Source: Neophaeotheca triangularis (Eukaryota). From it: 64,000 nucleotides of DNA. The stretch lies in NCBI GenBank assembly GCA_054600435.1, contig BAAIJX010000033.1:124001-188000 (forward strand), in the 5' to 3' direction. A program made the translations under genes and the position numbers. Of this stretch, positions 44,335 to 55,573 are shown piece by piece. The first letter of the stretch is position 1. Every line of letters starts with the position of its first letter. The notes beneath the pieces were generated by a model. The model was not told the origin of the DNA and did not search any database. It saw only the letters and a list, made by a program, of their open reading frames with translations.

Positions 44335-44962
44335 TCAGCTTAGATCCAGCTTCCACAGGCCATCACCCAAATAATGTCCGCCGTCGATACCAGCGCCCTT
44401 CTTCTTCTCTTTCATCTCTTTGGTTCCCATCTTCAAAACACCGACCATGCAAGCGTTCTCCTTGCCCTCAGCGTCCACGACAACTACCTGCCCCGCCTCC
44501 AGTTCTTCCCCTCCGTTGTTGTAGACCCCGGCATCCTCATTCCCAGGTAGTCTGCCACCAGGGCTGGTCAGACCAGGCACCATAAGCGTAGCTCCACTCA
44601 GAACGAATCGTATAGCGCCGCGGTCTATGCGTATGCGAGGGAAGGCGTGAGGGTACTTGTGGATCAGAGTGAGGTGCGGAATGATTGGGTCATCCATGTG
44701 CTGGTAGAATAGAGGCACGCCATTGAGACAGTAGAGGGAGACCCTGTCCGGAATCTTGACGAGATCTATCTGTTCCTTCTTGGGCAAGATATCATCGATG
44801 TGTGGCTCGAGACCTGGGTAGGTTTCAAGGACCTTGGCTCGGATACCCCGCTGAACAGACGATTTGACCTTCGATTTCGCGCCTGGGGCGAAGCTGCGCG
44901 GATTGTTAGGCAACGCAAGTAGAGCGCATACCCTGGAAACTTACTGACTCTTTCTTAAACAT
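44335..44962 (-). CDS. TMA20: Translation machinery-associated protein 20 (MCTS1-like, PUA domain); exons 44962-44949, 44893-44335
   Basis: MFKKD-F...KVKSSVQR, DRGAIRFVLSGATLMVPGLTSPGG, HYLGDGLW; requires the GTCAGT donor. Confidence 0.92.
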
Positions 44963-45293
44963 TTTGTTTGTTGTGTGCAAGGTTGACGTGCGACCTGAGT
45001 TTTTGAGAAGAGAACTCCCAAGGCTGGAAGGGCGCCCTGAACGTCCCACGTTGACGCTGTGCCCCGCTATCTCACATTTCTTATCGCACCTCACCCCGCC
45101 ATCGTAAAAGGCAAGTCGAGCGAGAGTCAGTCCTGAGGCTGCGCCACGTTTGATGCTGGCCCACCCACGTGAAAGTCGAACTACACATCTTCACTGCTAC
45201 TTTCTGATATGGCTGGCTCAACACGCGCAACACCAACGATGCGGTAGTGAAAGCCACTTCAATCCACCTGCTCCATTGGCAACTTCAGAAATC

Positions 45294-46602
45294 ATGGACG
45301 ACTTTGCCAGCGATACCGACAGTGACTACACGAGCTATTGGCGTGACTGGGTAAGTCCTGTTATTTTCTTTAGCCCAACCCCCTGCGGATCGAGGCATTT
45401 TCAATGCCCGGCGGATAGTACTGCATGTGCCGGCGGATAGTACTGCATGTGGTCCAGGCATGCTCTTGCGAGGGAAAGCCATCATACTATGGAACTACCC
45501 TTGTGCATGTACATCTTGAGGCGCCAAGAAAAACACGGAACCCTCCTCCTGGCCGCCAACCTAAGGAAACAGCATGTCGCACAGCGCTCCTGGACGTGTT
45601 TGATGGTCCTCGCTTGCGCGTTCGACTACATGTAAAGACTGTCCAGGCGAAACTTCTCTTACCATCCATCGGCGAAGCAACATGAGCCCCGAACACAGAG
45701 ATGACTGGGCTCATTCAGTCCGCGGTGAACTCAGGGGCCTATGCAAGAAATACCCTCACTAACCACGCTATTCATGTAGTTTCTCTCAAGCCGCGGCAAC
45801 GAATACTTTTGCGAAATCGACGAAGATTACCTCACAGATCGCTTCAATTTGACGGGCCTCAATACGGAAGTCCAATACTACCAATATGCTCTCGATCTCG
45901 TCACCGATGTTTTCGATATGGAAGTCGACGATGATATGCGAGAGCAGATCGAGAAGAGCGCTCGCCACCTCTACGGTTTAGTTCACGCCCGCTATGTTGT
46001 AACGACGCGTGGCTTGGCGAAGATGGTAAGCCTGCTCATCCCCCTGACGACTAGCGCTTGGCCGCAGTCTCTCCCAAAATGTCAGAGGTGAACGTAGAAC
46101 TCCTGCTAATGCCCCTACGAAGATGGAAAAGTTCAAGCAAGGCGTATTCGGCAAATGCCCCCGTGTCTTCTGCAACTCCCAGCATCTCCTTCCCATGGGC
46201 CAGCACGACATACCGCACACTTCCAACGTCAAACTCTACTGCGCTAGGTGCGAGGATCTTTATAACCCGAAATCGTCTCGCCACAACAGCATCGACGGTG
46301 CCTACTTTGGCTCCTCTTTCCACAACATTCTCTTCCAGGTCTACCCGGCTTTACTTCCTCCCAAGACGCAGAAGCGGTACGAACCTCGAATCTATGGCTT
46401 CAGAGTACATGCCGGCGCCGCCTTGCAGCGCTGGCAAGACGAGCATAGAGAGGAGATGAAAGATCGTTTGCGATTAAAAGGCCTTGAAACCGGATTCGAA
46501 GGCGATGAGGAAGAGGAAGAGGCCAGCGATGACGAAGAAGGGGACGAAGAGGACGGCATTGACGATATGTTTGAAGTTCCCGGTACCGTAGCCGTGCAGT
46601 AG
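45294..46602 (+). CDS. CKB2: Casein kinase II regulatory beta subunit; exons 45294-45350, 45780-46025, 46123-46602
   Basis: YWRDW-FLSSRGNEYFCEIDEDY, LYGLVHARY, Zn finger CPRVFC...YCARC, IDGAYFG, YEPRIYGF. Confidence 0.95.
45408..45451 (+). repeat. Perfect 22-bp tandem duplication CCGGCGGATAGTACTGCATGTG in CKB2 intron 1
   Basis: Copies at 45408-45429 and 45430-45451 are identical. Confidence 0.95.
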
Positions 46603-47228
46603 GGGGAGACGAAAAGAGTCACTGATTATCGAACGAAGGAGTTGTGGTGGCGTTGAGGCTGTTTTTGTCGACTATGAGAGATTCCCCGGAGGTGGCATTA
46701 CTAGAGCTCACCAACATGCAATCCAACATCATGCTCCGTCTGCACTTCTGAATACTCCACTTGCTCTACTCAATTTTGCGCACCCACTGCGGTTCTCAGT
46801 GGGAGAATGGTCAAACCATCTACAAGATACACAAAAGTTTACATAGCTCGAATCATAAGCTGAAATACTAGTACAGGAGGGGAGTCGGTCATGCCCTGCC
46901 GAACACAAAAGCCGCAGCCGGCGGAACGCTGCAGCATGCTCGTTATAGATGACGACCCGACAAGGCGACGAAAGCGCCTTACTCGTCTTGCCACGACTCC
47001 TTGCGCCTTTCGCCGGCCGTTCGCGCCAGCCATAGAGGTAAACTTTCAGCGGCTTTTGGTCTGTTCGAAACGCTGTGTAAAGCGTCCTCTCAACCTTGGC
47101 TACTCCAACGACCTTCTCCCAAGAAGCGTGCGCTGGAAAAGCAACCAATTAATTTCCCCGTATCACTTCGTCCACGCATGGCGTGCCATATGAAGTGCAT
47201 CCGTACTCACACCAGCACCCGTGTAAGC

Positions 47229-48941
47229 TTAGATGTAATCTCTGCCGCTCTTCTGCAGCTCAATGAATCTCCAGCCGCGGGTCTCAGGGTTGGAAACCTC
47301 CTCGGGCAGTCTGGTGACACCGATAGCGTAAGTGACCTGCTGGACCTTGTCTTCCATGCCAGCGGCGAGTTCGCCACTCTTCTTGTTGCGATAGACGTGG
47401 ACTTCCTGGGTGCGGCACATGATGACAAACACGGGGATGTCACCGGGGTCGATGATGCGTGCGGAGAGGATGTCGACGTTTCGTATGTCTAGGATGCGAC
47501 CGTCGGACTGGAGGCCGGCGGTTGTGTATTGGTGCATCAAGGCGCTGTACACCTGAAATTGCGCCGCCGATAGCCATTGCTTCAAAACTTCAATGTCGCC
47601 CTTGACGTAGGCTTCGAGGACTTCGGGCAGAATGTAGGTGCGCATGTCGTTGAGGAAGGGTTCGAGTTGGAAGCTGGGATCCATTTCGCGGAACTTCTTG
47701 ATGACCTGTGCGGTCTCGTTTTCCGCGAAGAAGCCTGCGATGCGATCGGAGACTGACCGTGCGGTGGAGATCAAGGGGTTCTCGGACTCGGCGTAAACAG
47801 TCTTCAAACCGAAAAGGCGCTGCATCATGGGCGAGCTGTCCCGGAAGCTGCGCCATGACTCTTTCCAAGCGGCATCCTTGTGAACAGTCACATTTGTACC
47901 AGCTTCGGGGTCCTCTTCGAAGACTTCAGGCCTGCGGCCAGGGGACCCAGGTGCGCCGCCCATCCGCCTGGCCTCTTCCGCTTCTCTCCTCTTCCGCCTC
48001 TCCTCTTTCTCGGTCCAGCCTCCATATCTCGACGAGGCACCATCATCTATGGTATCCTTGACGCTTTTGTAGGCTTCTGTCTGCCTCACTGGCCTTGTGG
48101 CCTTTTCCATCCCGGATCCAACGGCACCAGCTGCTTTCCTTACACCCCGCGCTACGGAGGTATCCCATGTCCATGCAGCACCCTTGCCGATGGCACCAGC
48201 GGTACCCAGGAAAGCTTTACCCGTTTGTGTGCTGGCTGCCTCAGCTGCTCTGGCGTATGCACTTCGCGCACGCTGCACGTTAGGGTTCTGGGTGAAGTCG
48301 TGAATGGAGCCGCCTAGTTGCTTGGTGCTCTCGTTCCACTCCTTGCTCGATTTGAACTCCTGCGACAGAGTTTCAGTGAAGACCTGCCACGGTGTCTTGT
48401 CGCCGTGTGGAGGTGGCGGCGGTTTCTTCTCCTCCCCCTTCTGCTCTTTCTCGCCCTCACCCTCACCGGCCTCCTCCTCCTCAGACTTCTGTTTCTCTTC
48501 TTGAGCGCCAGAAGCCTTGTCGTTTTCTGCCTTTGCCTTTGCGAAGGCCTCTTCCGCCTCGTCTGCCGCTGACTTTTGGGGTTCGGGCTCCTTTTCCTTC
48601 TCCTTTGCCTTCGCCTTTGCGGCATCCTCTTCACTTATGCCTGCTCGTTGCCTAGCTCTCTCCTCCCGCAATTCTTTGAAGGAAACATGACGCGCCGATG
48701 CAGCAGACGAGATGGAAGGGGGAAGAAAATGCGATGTGAGGGCAAAGGAGGGCGGGAGGGGGGATGTCGAGGTCTGCCGGCTTCGTAGTGATGCTTCACT
48801 GTAATGCCGGAGGTGCGATGTTATTCTTTGGTAGGAAGCTGCCCTTCCATATGAAGTGTCTGTGATCGCGTGAGGCGCATTACTTCGGACGAGGCCGCCT
48901 CCTGCTCGCTGCGAGAGGCTCCGAAGGGTAGGTGTGCTCAT
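47229..48941 (-). CDS. TIM44: Mitochondrial import inner membrane translocase subunit Tim44
   Basis: Presequence from ATG 48941; TPWQVF, ESENPLI, FAENETAQVIKKFREMDPSF, YILPEVLEAY, CRTQEVHVYR. Confidence 0.93.
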   Translation of the reverse strand: MSTPTLRSLSQRAGGGLVRSNAPHAITDTSYGRAASYQRITSHLRHYSEASLRSRQTSTSPLPPSFALTSHFLPPSISSAASARHVSFKELREERARQRAGISEEDAAKAKAKEKEKEPEPQKSAADEAEEAFAKAKAENDKASGAQEEKQKSEEEEAGEGEGEKEQKGEEKKPPPPPHGDKTPWQVFTETLSQEFKSSKEWNESTKQLGGSIHDFTQNPNVQRARSAYARAAEAASTQTGKAFLGTAGAIGKGAAWTWDTSVARGVRKAAGAVGSGMEKATRPVRQTEAYKSVKDTIDDGASSRYGGWTEKEERRKRREAEEARRMGGAPGSPGRRPEVFEEDPEAGTNVTVHKDAAWKESWRSFRDSSPMMQRLFGLKTVYAESENPLISTARSVSDRIAGFFAENETAQVIKKFREMDPSFQLEPFLNDMRTYILPEVLEAYVKGDIEVLKQWLSAAQFQVYSALMHQYTTAGLQSDGRILDIRNVDILSARIIDPGDIPVFVIMCRTQEVHVYRNKKSGELAAGMEDKVQQVTYAIGVTRLPEEVSNPETRGWRFIELQKSGRDYI

Positions 48942-49246
48942 GCTATGCCAGGCTAACGATGAATGTATTAACACGAGGATGTTAACCACACAGATGGAGT
49001 GGCAAAGGGCAGGTAAGGTGACGGAGGAGAAAGGACGTGTAGGTATCAAGTAATTGGGCAATTCGACTACTATTCGTCCGGTCGCTCTCGAGATCGGAAG
49101 AGAGGCTCGTCAACTTTCTTCCGCTCTCGCTTTTGGCATCCCCGAAAATTGCCCGCACGCCGACACACCTCAAGTCTACCCAAGTCCTACTACTCTGCAC
49201 ATACCGACAAGCTCCCCTCCTTTGCTAGACAACATATACCGCAAAG

Positions 49247-50008
49247 ATGTCGCTTCGTCCGGCACGCGTCTTGGGCGACTTCATCTGCCAATCCTGCCGA
49301 TACCGCGCAACCACCCAAACCCGCGGCTTTTCCTCGACCCAAACCCCCCGAGCCAACACAAATGCAGCCACTTCGGCCCTGAGCGGCCTCTCCTCTTCGA
49401 TCCAGCGCAATGCCAACACAGCCTCGAACCAAAGAGTCGGATTCAACAACGCCATCGGTCGCAACAGTGCAGGCCCGGACTCGGCCCTGGGAGCGCTGGA
49501 TTCAGACCCGGACACCTTGATGTCGGAACGATACCACGACAGCATGAGCGCCGCGCACAACACGCCGCCGCACCGTCTCCACGTCTACGCGCACAAGCAC
49601 AACACCATTATTACATTTGTGCAGCCGCCGCGGTCAGCTGCCGAGACGACGAGTTCGGGTATCAGCAGCACCAACGCGAGCGCCGCCGATCAGAAGAAGA
49701 TGGTCGATGTACTGCTCTCGCTTAGTACCGGGAATATTGGATTCAGAAAGGCCGGGAGAGGGGGTTTCGATGCCGCGTATCAGCTTGCTGCTTACACTCT
49801 CAAGCAAATACAGGAAAAGGGCATGTTGAGGGATATCAAGAAGCTTGAGGTGGTTTTACGCGGTTTTGGCGCTGGGAGGGAGGCTGTGACCAAGGCTTTA
49901 CTTGGGACTGAAGGGAGGATGCTAAGAGGCAGGATTTCGTCGGTGGTGGATGCGACGAGGTTGAAATTGGGAGGTCCGAGGTCGCCGAAACCGAGACGTC
50001 TGGGTTGA
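49247..50008 (+). CDS. MRPS18: Mitochondrial ribosomal protein uS11m
   Basis: HKHNTIITF, STGNIGFRKAGRG, LRGFGAGREA, DATRLKLGGPRSPKPRRLG. Confidence 0.9.
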   Translation: MSLRPARVLGDFICQSCRYRATTQTRGFSSTQTPRANTNAATSALSGLSSSIQRNANTASNQRVGFNNAIGRNSAGPDSALGALDSDPDTLMSERYHDSMSAAHNTPPHRLHVYAHKHNTIITFVQPPRSAAETTSSGISSTNASAADQKKMVDVLLSLSTGNIGFRKAGRGGFDAAYQLAAYTLKQIQEKGMLRDIKKLEVVLRGFGAGREAVTKALLGTEGRMLRGRISSVVDATRLKLGGPRSPKPRRLG

Positions 50009-50694
50009 GCCGACAGTCTGTGCTGGAGTAGTGCTGGGTTGCTAAGAGCCGTCAGGGTGCATGGCAGCGAAGGACTATGGGTTACATGTTTGCATACTGG
50101 CGCGGCGTTATTGGCATGACCATCGGACGTTGTGGCTTGCATGGAGCTGGAGCACCTCTTTTTCATAGTATGGAAGTCCGCGAGTGGTTACGACACCGCC
50201 GCGAGCCAGGAGGAGTGAATCCAGGACACGCACGAATATGTCTCAAGTAGAGGAGGTCCGTGGCTCAGCGGCTTCCCGCCGCTATTGTAAGATGTCTGTA
50301 AGGTAGACTGGTATGCACCAGCTGTACAATTGATCTGTATGCACGTGGAAATGCGATTACACTATTACCTTACCCTGGACCCCATGGCTTGCACGTACGC
50401 TCGCACGCATCCAATTACCAAATGCAGATATGCCCCTGCTGAATTGACTAGGTTCCATCCAAGGTAGCTGGTTTCAAATCTATCCCGGAATGCAGCCTCT
50501 TCTCTATACATTCGATGGCTCACCTTCACTCCGGCCGAGGAGATACGACCTATGTGAAGAACACACTTGAGTGCGACCGATGACGGTCATCTTCGACGAC
50601 ACCCACGTGCTGTGCACTCACACGACTTCCTACTGAATAGGTTATTTGTGCTTGTATGCCCGTGAAGTCGTCCACTGGACCTCTCTGAGTCCTC

Positions 50695-51612
50695 TTACGC
50701 CCGAGAAGCCAGCTTCGAGACTGTTAATTCGAACGCCGCTTCTATCGCCCTAGCCAACTCTGTACCTTCTTCCCAGACCTCGTCATGCTTGCCCTTGACC
50801 TCGATCAATTTGACACGTCCATCGTTCATGGCACTCCAACCCTTCAGACTATCCTTCATCAACTCCACCTGCTCCCACTCAACCAGCTCATCCTCTCTCG
50901 AATGCGCCAGCACCACAGCCAAACCCTCGTCCCAGCTGCCCGATCCTTCCCAATCCCACGCAGCAGGACTGACAGCCTTGTAATCGCTCTGACCAAACGC
51001 ATTTTCCACGATATCGCCATAGACCGGCTGGTCGGTATGCGCTTCGAGCAGTGCGGGTAGATGGTAAATACCCTCCACTGCGACTATAGCAAGCGGAGGC
51101 AGGACATTCATCTCCAGCGCGAGCGACGAGACGTCATACTGCGTTCCCCAAAACCTCCGCATTGCGACTTGCAGCGCCAGCGTGGCGCCGCAAGAATGAC
51201 CGACGAGGATGTAGTTTTCGCCGAAGGCGTGGGTTTCTTGGAGTTGCAGGAGCGCGGCGAGGACGTCTGTGATGTGATCTGGGTGGCGGGCATTGCGCGC
51301 TGGGTCGGCGGGATTGGAGGGGTCGGTGGAGTGGGAAGGGTAGGGACTGAGGCGGTAGTTTATACTCGCCAGACCGGCGATTTGTCGGTCTTGGGCATGG
51401 TTGGCGATGAGGATGTCGCGGGCTTTGGAAAAGGACGAGGCGGGGATGGTTGGATCGCGCCAGGCACCGCCGTGGATGTAGACGATCCAGAGGGGATTCT
51501 CGGGGTTGGAGGATTCTTTTGGGGGGTAAGGAAGGCAAGTTGACAGAGTGTTTAGGCTGGAGGCGTCCGAGTACGGGATGTCGTCGTCGTATTTAGGGTA
51601 TTCGTCCGGCAT
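50695..51612 (-). CDS. BNA7: Kynurenine formamidase-like alpha/beta hydrolase
   Basis: YIHGGAWRDP oxyanion motif, SINYRLSP, GHSCGA nucleophile elbow, HSREDELV, GKHDEVW; first ATG 51612. Confidence 0.85.
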   Translation of the reverse strand: MPDEYPKYDDDIPYSDASSLNTLSTCLPYPPKESSNPENPLWIVYIHGGAWRDPTIPASSFSKARDILIANHAQDRQIAGLASINYRLSPYPSHSTDPSNPADPARNARHPDHITDVLAALLQLQETHAFGENYILVGHSCGATLALQVAMRRFWGTQYDVSSLALEMNVLPPLAIVAVEGIYHLPALLEAHTDQPVYGDIVENAFGQSDYKAVSPAAWDWEGSGSWDEGLAVVLAHSREDELVEWEQVELMKDSLKGWSAMNDGRVKLIEVKGKHDEVWEEGTELARAIEAAFELTVSKLASRA

Positions 51613-52073
51613 GGCGGGGTGGTGGAAGGGGGACTGTTGCCAGCTGGAGCTATGGCTATGGTGTAGAATCAAGAGACTGTGGGAAATGGTACCTACCTAC
51701 CTAGACTCGCCTTGGTTATAGGAATGATAATATGCGTAGCCTGGTAGTTTGCGGATGGAAGCAAGCTAAGCTACGCTACCTAGATACCTAAGATACATAG
51801 TACGCAGGGACGGACAATAATAAGGTAAGCTATCTGGTCTACCGTAGCGGCTCGTGTTTAGGCTCTCCTCGTGGCGTCGGAGAGGAATTGAGTTTAAGTG
51901 AAATCTCCAGGGCTGCTCGTGTCTGTTGTATATCACATCGTCTCCTGGCTATAACAGATTTATTAGGTAGGTCTCTCGAAATGAGGTCGAGGCATGCACA
52001 ACTCGTGTTGGGCAGCACTACCTACATAGTACCAGTAGTACCTTAGGTAGGTACTGGACCTTGCTCTTTATGA

Positions 52074-52101
52074 GTCGTCAGTCGTCAGTCGTCAGTCGTC
52101 A
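52074..52101. repeat. (GTCGTCA)4 minisatellite in the BNA7/DUF3824 divergent intergenic region; (CTCC)n tract nearby at ~52290-52318
   Basis: Read directly from the sequence. Confidence 0.9.
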
Positions 52102-52769
52102 TGCTGCATGTCCCGCCACTCACTACTCACGCCGCCTCACCTCTCTTGTCGCATTTACAGCACACCTTACATTATTTTGAGGGAGGCCGCCTCATCAAGC
52201 GCCCGGGCATCTCCTACTGTACTTGGTAGGACCCGACGGTAGTCAGCATACTGTACCTTCATACCTACAGTACCTTACCCTACCTTTCTTCCTCCCTCCC
52301 TCCCTCCCTCCCTCCCTTCCTTCAGGTCCTCAACAACCACCTACATATACCCTACTTCACTTCACCTCACCTCACTACATACCCTCAGCCTTCCAGTTTT
52401 GTCTCAGGTTCCGCTCTTCCAACGCCAGGCCAGGCACCCATCCCCCACCCCACCGGCACAGCCCCGCCGCCAAGGCGTGACATTAAGGCTAGAGCCACCC
52501 ACAACCTAAACCTTCTCCTTCCTCCCACTTACTACACTAGTCTTACCCTACCCGACTTCCTTTCTTCACTTCCAGCTTACCTTACTACCCACCACCCGCT
52601 ACCCGCTCCTTCACCGACTTCCCCACCAAACACGCCATAACAACAACGACCTACTTCATTCGTATTCACCTGCCCACCTACCATACCATTTTCCACTCCC
52701 TTTTCCCCAAATCATCGCGGATAGCGCCAACTTCTTCTCCCTCAACATTCTGCCCCACCAATCTCCAGA

Positions 52770-54170
52770 ATGTCGGCTTACGGCTACGATGACGAGCCGC
52801 GCCGCTATTCGAGCACTCGCATGCGCCCCCGCGAGCGCGGTGAACCCGACTACATGCGAGAAGAGACGTATGTAGAGCGGGGCACTGGTCCAGGCCACCG
52901 CGACCTCGTCTTTCGAGGCCCTCGCCGCGACGACAGCATCGAAGACATTCCTCGCGACTTTCCCCCGCCGGGCGACCGCAGCTATCGCGGCTCTCGCTAC
53001 GACGATGACTACTCTAGAGCTCCACCACCAAGACGTGCAAGGAGTGTTGCCAGCAGGAGGTACGACGACGATTACTACGACGACGACGATCGGTACGCCG
53101 GCTATGGTCCGGCCGCTGCTGGTGCTGCTGCTGGGTACGCTGCCGGAAAACGCAAGGACCGCGATCGTCGTGCTCGTCCCAGGGACGATCGCGACTACGA
53201 CTCCGAATACTCGCGCTCGCCGCCTCGCAGGGAACGCCGCAAATCTGGCCTTCAAGACGCTCTCGGTAGCCTCGGCCTCGGTGGAGTAGCTGCTGCTGTC
53301 ACCGGAAAAGACAGGTCGCGCTCTCGTGGTAGTGACAAATCAACGCGCTCTCGCCGTGCCAAGTCAAGGAGCAGGCGATACTCCTCGTCTTCTCGCTCCA
53401 GCTCGCGCAGCAAGAGCCGTGCTCGCGGTGGTGAGAAGACCGAGCGCAAGTGGGCCCAGGCTGCGCAGGCAGCTCTGGTCGCCGGCGCTGTGGAAGCTTT
53501 CCGTGCTCGCAAAGTAGACGGAGCCTGGACTGGAGAAAAGGGCAGACGAGTCGCCACTGCAGCCATTGGTGCCGGTGGTATCGATACCTTCCTCGATCGC
53601 AACCCGGACGAAAAGAGCAAGCGCCATTTGGCAGAGGCTGTTGTAGGAGGTCTGGCTACCAGCCGACTGGCCAATGGCTCCCGTACAAAGTCCCAAACTC
53701 GCGGTCGGGACGTATCACCAGGTGCAGACAGCACCTTCAGCGGCCGGGCTCGCTCTCGTAGCCGCAGCATCATCGATCGCTTCCGCGGACGCTCGCAGTC
53801 GCGTGGCCGCCCCGAACAGGAAGATGACAACGGCGGCGGTGGAGGAGGTGCCGTGAAGGGCGCTCTGGCAGGAGGCGCACTTGCGGCGGCGGGCAAAGCA
53901 ATCTATGACCGTGTGCGCTCAAAGTCAAGAGGCGGCAACGGAAGGAGGCGTTCACCCTCATCTTCATCTGCAGACTCGTATGTGCCCTCCCGCACCCGCC
54001 GCCGAGACAGGCGTCGCTCACCACCGTCAGATACGGAGACTACTCGGAGTACTCGTCGCGACCTCGCAGCTACCGATCGCGCTCGAGGTCGCGATTTTGA
54101 TGGCGCCGCTCCGGCGGCTGCCGGTGCTGGGGCTGGCGCTGGTACCATGGCGCTCGCAAATCGCGGCGGC

Positions 54171-54201
<31 letters not shown>

Positions 54202-54950
54202 GCAACAGCAACGGAGGGACAGGGGCATACGGGGACCTGAACGAGCGCAACGACTCCAGTGATAGTAGTAGCACCACTGACATGGAGAAGAAGCGCAAGC
54301 ATATGCGAGGAAAAGAGCTATTGACCGCCGGTTTGGCTACTATTGCTACCATTCACGCCGCGCATGGTGTCTATTCCAGCATGGAGGCCCACGAGAAGAG
54401 ACATCGCCTAGTCGCCGAGGGCGAGATGTCACCAGAGGAGGCCAGGAAGAAGCAGACTAAAGCTTGGGTCCAAGATGCAGCCGCTGTCGGTATCGCTGCG
54501 CTCGGTATCAAGGGCGCCTTCTCGAACTGGAAGGAGATGAACGAGCAGAGGTAAGTTCAGCCTGTGGCCGCACATTACCGTTGCAGCGAGAAACTAACAC
54601 ACATCATCAGGCGTGAAATCCACGGCATCGAGAAGCGCAAACGTGAGAAGCAGAAACGCCAGCAACGTCGCGAAAAACTGGCTGAGCAGCAACGCGAGGA
54701 TCGGATGATGCAGATGATGAGCGGGGGCGGCGGAATGGGGGCCCAGGGCGGAGGCATGGGCGGCGGCATGCGAGGCGGTGGAGGAGGCTATCCTATGGCA
54801 ATGCAACAGCAAGCACCCAATGGCTACGGCATGCAGCAGCCACAGCAGCCGCAGGGAGGCTATGGCGGCGGCGGCGGCGGTCGCCAATCCTACGTTCCTC
54901 CTGCCGCCGATCAAAGCGGTAACCCTTATTCGCCTCGCGGTGGGTACTAG
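52770..54950 (+). CDS. R/S/D-rich DUF3824-like fungal protein; exons 52770-54550, 54611-54950
   Basis: AAQAALVAGAVEAFR, TAAIGAGGID, LLTAGLATIATIHAAH, AAVGIAALGIKGAF motifs; intron GTAAGT...ACTAAC...CAG in frame; (AAC)n poly-Asn at ~54171-54200. Family name is from recollection. Confidence 0.85.
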
Positions 54951-55573
54951 GGGTGCCAGAAGAAGATTGTGGGATTCGCGGAAAACGACGAGGAGATTCC
55001 GGGGAGGAGGAAGGGGTGCTTGAAGAAGGCGGACCCTACGACGGCTGCGAGTACCGCATTGGTGAGGGTGCGCGGCCGAGAAGTTCCTGCGTGGTGGGGA
55101 GCACGGTACTAATGACTTGACGAACGATATTCGGCTAAAGTTTTTTTATTGGGGGGAGAGCACGAATGGGAGTGGGTGGGTGGGTGGCTACACCAAATGC
55201 GAGATTCTTCCGAGACCAACAACACACAATAGCGATAGCGAGCATGAGATACCAACGACTATGACGAACAGCGAGAATGACCATAGGGATAGCATAGCAT
55301 AGCATAAGTTACATGAAAACGATGAATAATGGCGTTGCTTCTGAATACACCTGAGCATATGGTCAAGAATCATTTGGCATTACGGCAGCTTGGAGGGTAA
55401 TTGTGAGACAAGGCCTTGAATTAAGGGTATTCTCTATACGCTAGTCGAGACTGCTACGTTTTTTTTAGCCGCGCTGCAGTGCACTCGTGTCTCCGGGCAC
55501 TTGTCGACAATGTCAAATCAGACTTGGTGACCTGACCCACTTCATTATCATCAATCATCGCTCACTAGGTACT

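Noticed and set aside
44931..44948. Stwintron or microexon interpretation of the stacked TMA20 donors
   Set aside because: The would-be internal intron (GTAAGTTTCCAG) is only 12 nt and has no branch site.
14088..51612. TRP4 and BNA7, and the four mitochondrial genes, as a functional cluster
   Set aside because: Separated by many unrelated housekeeping genes; only the TIM44/MRPS18 divergent pair is adjacent.
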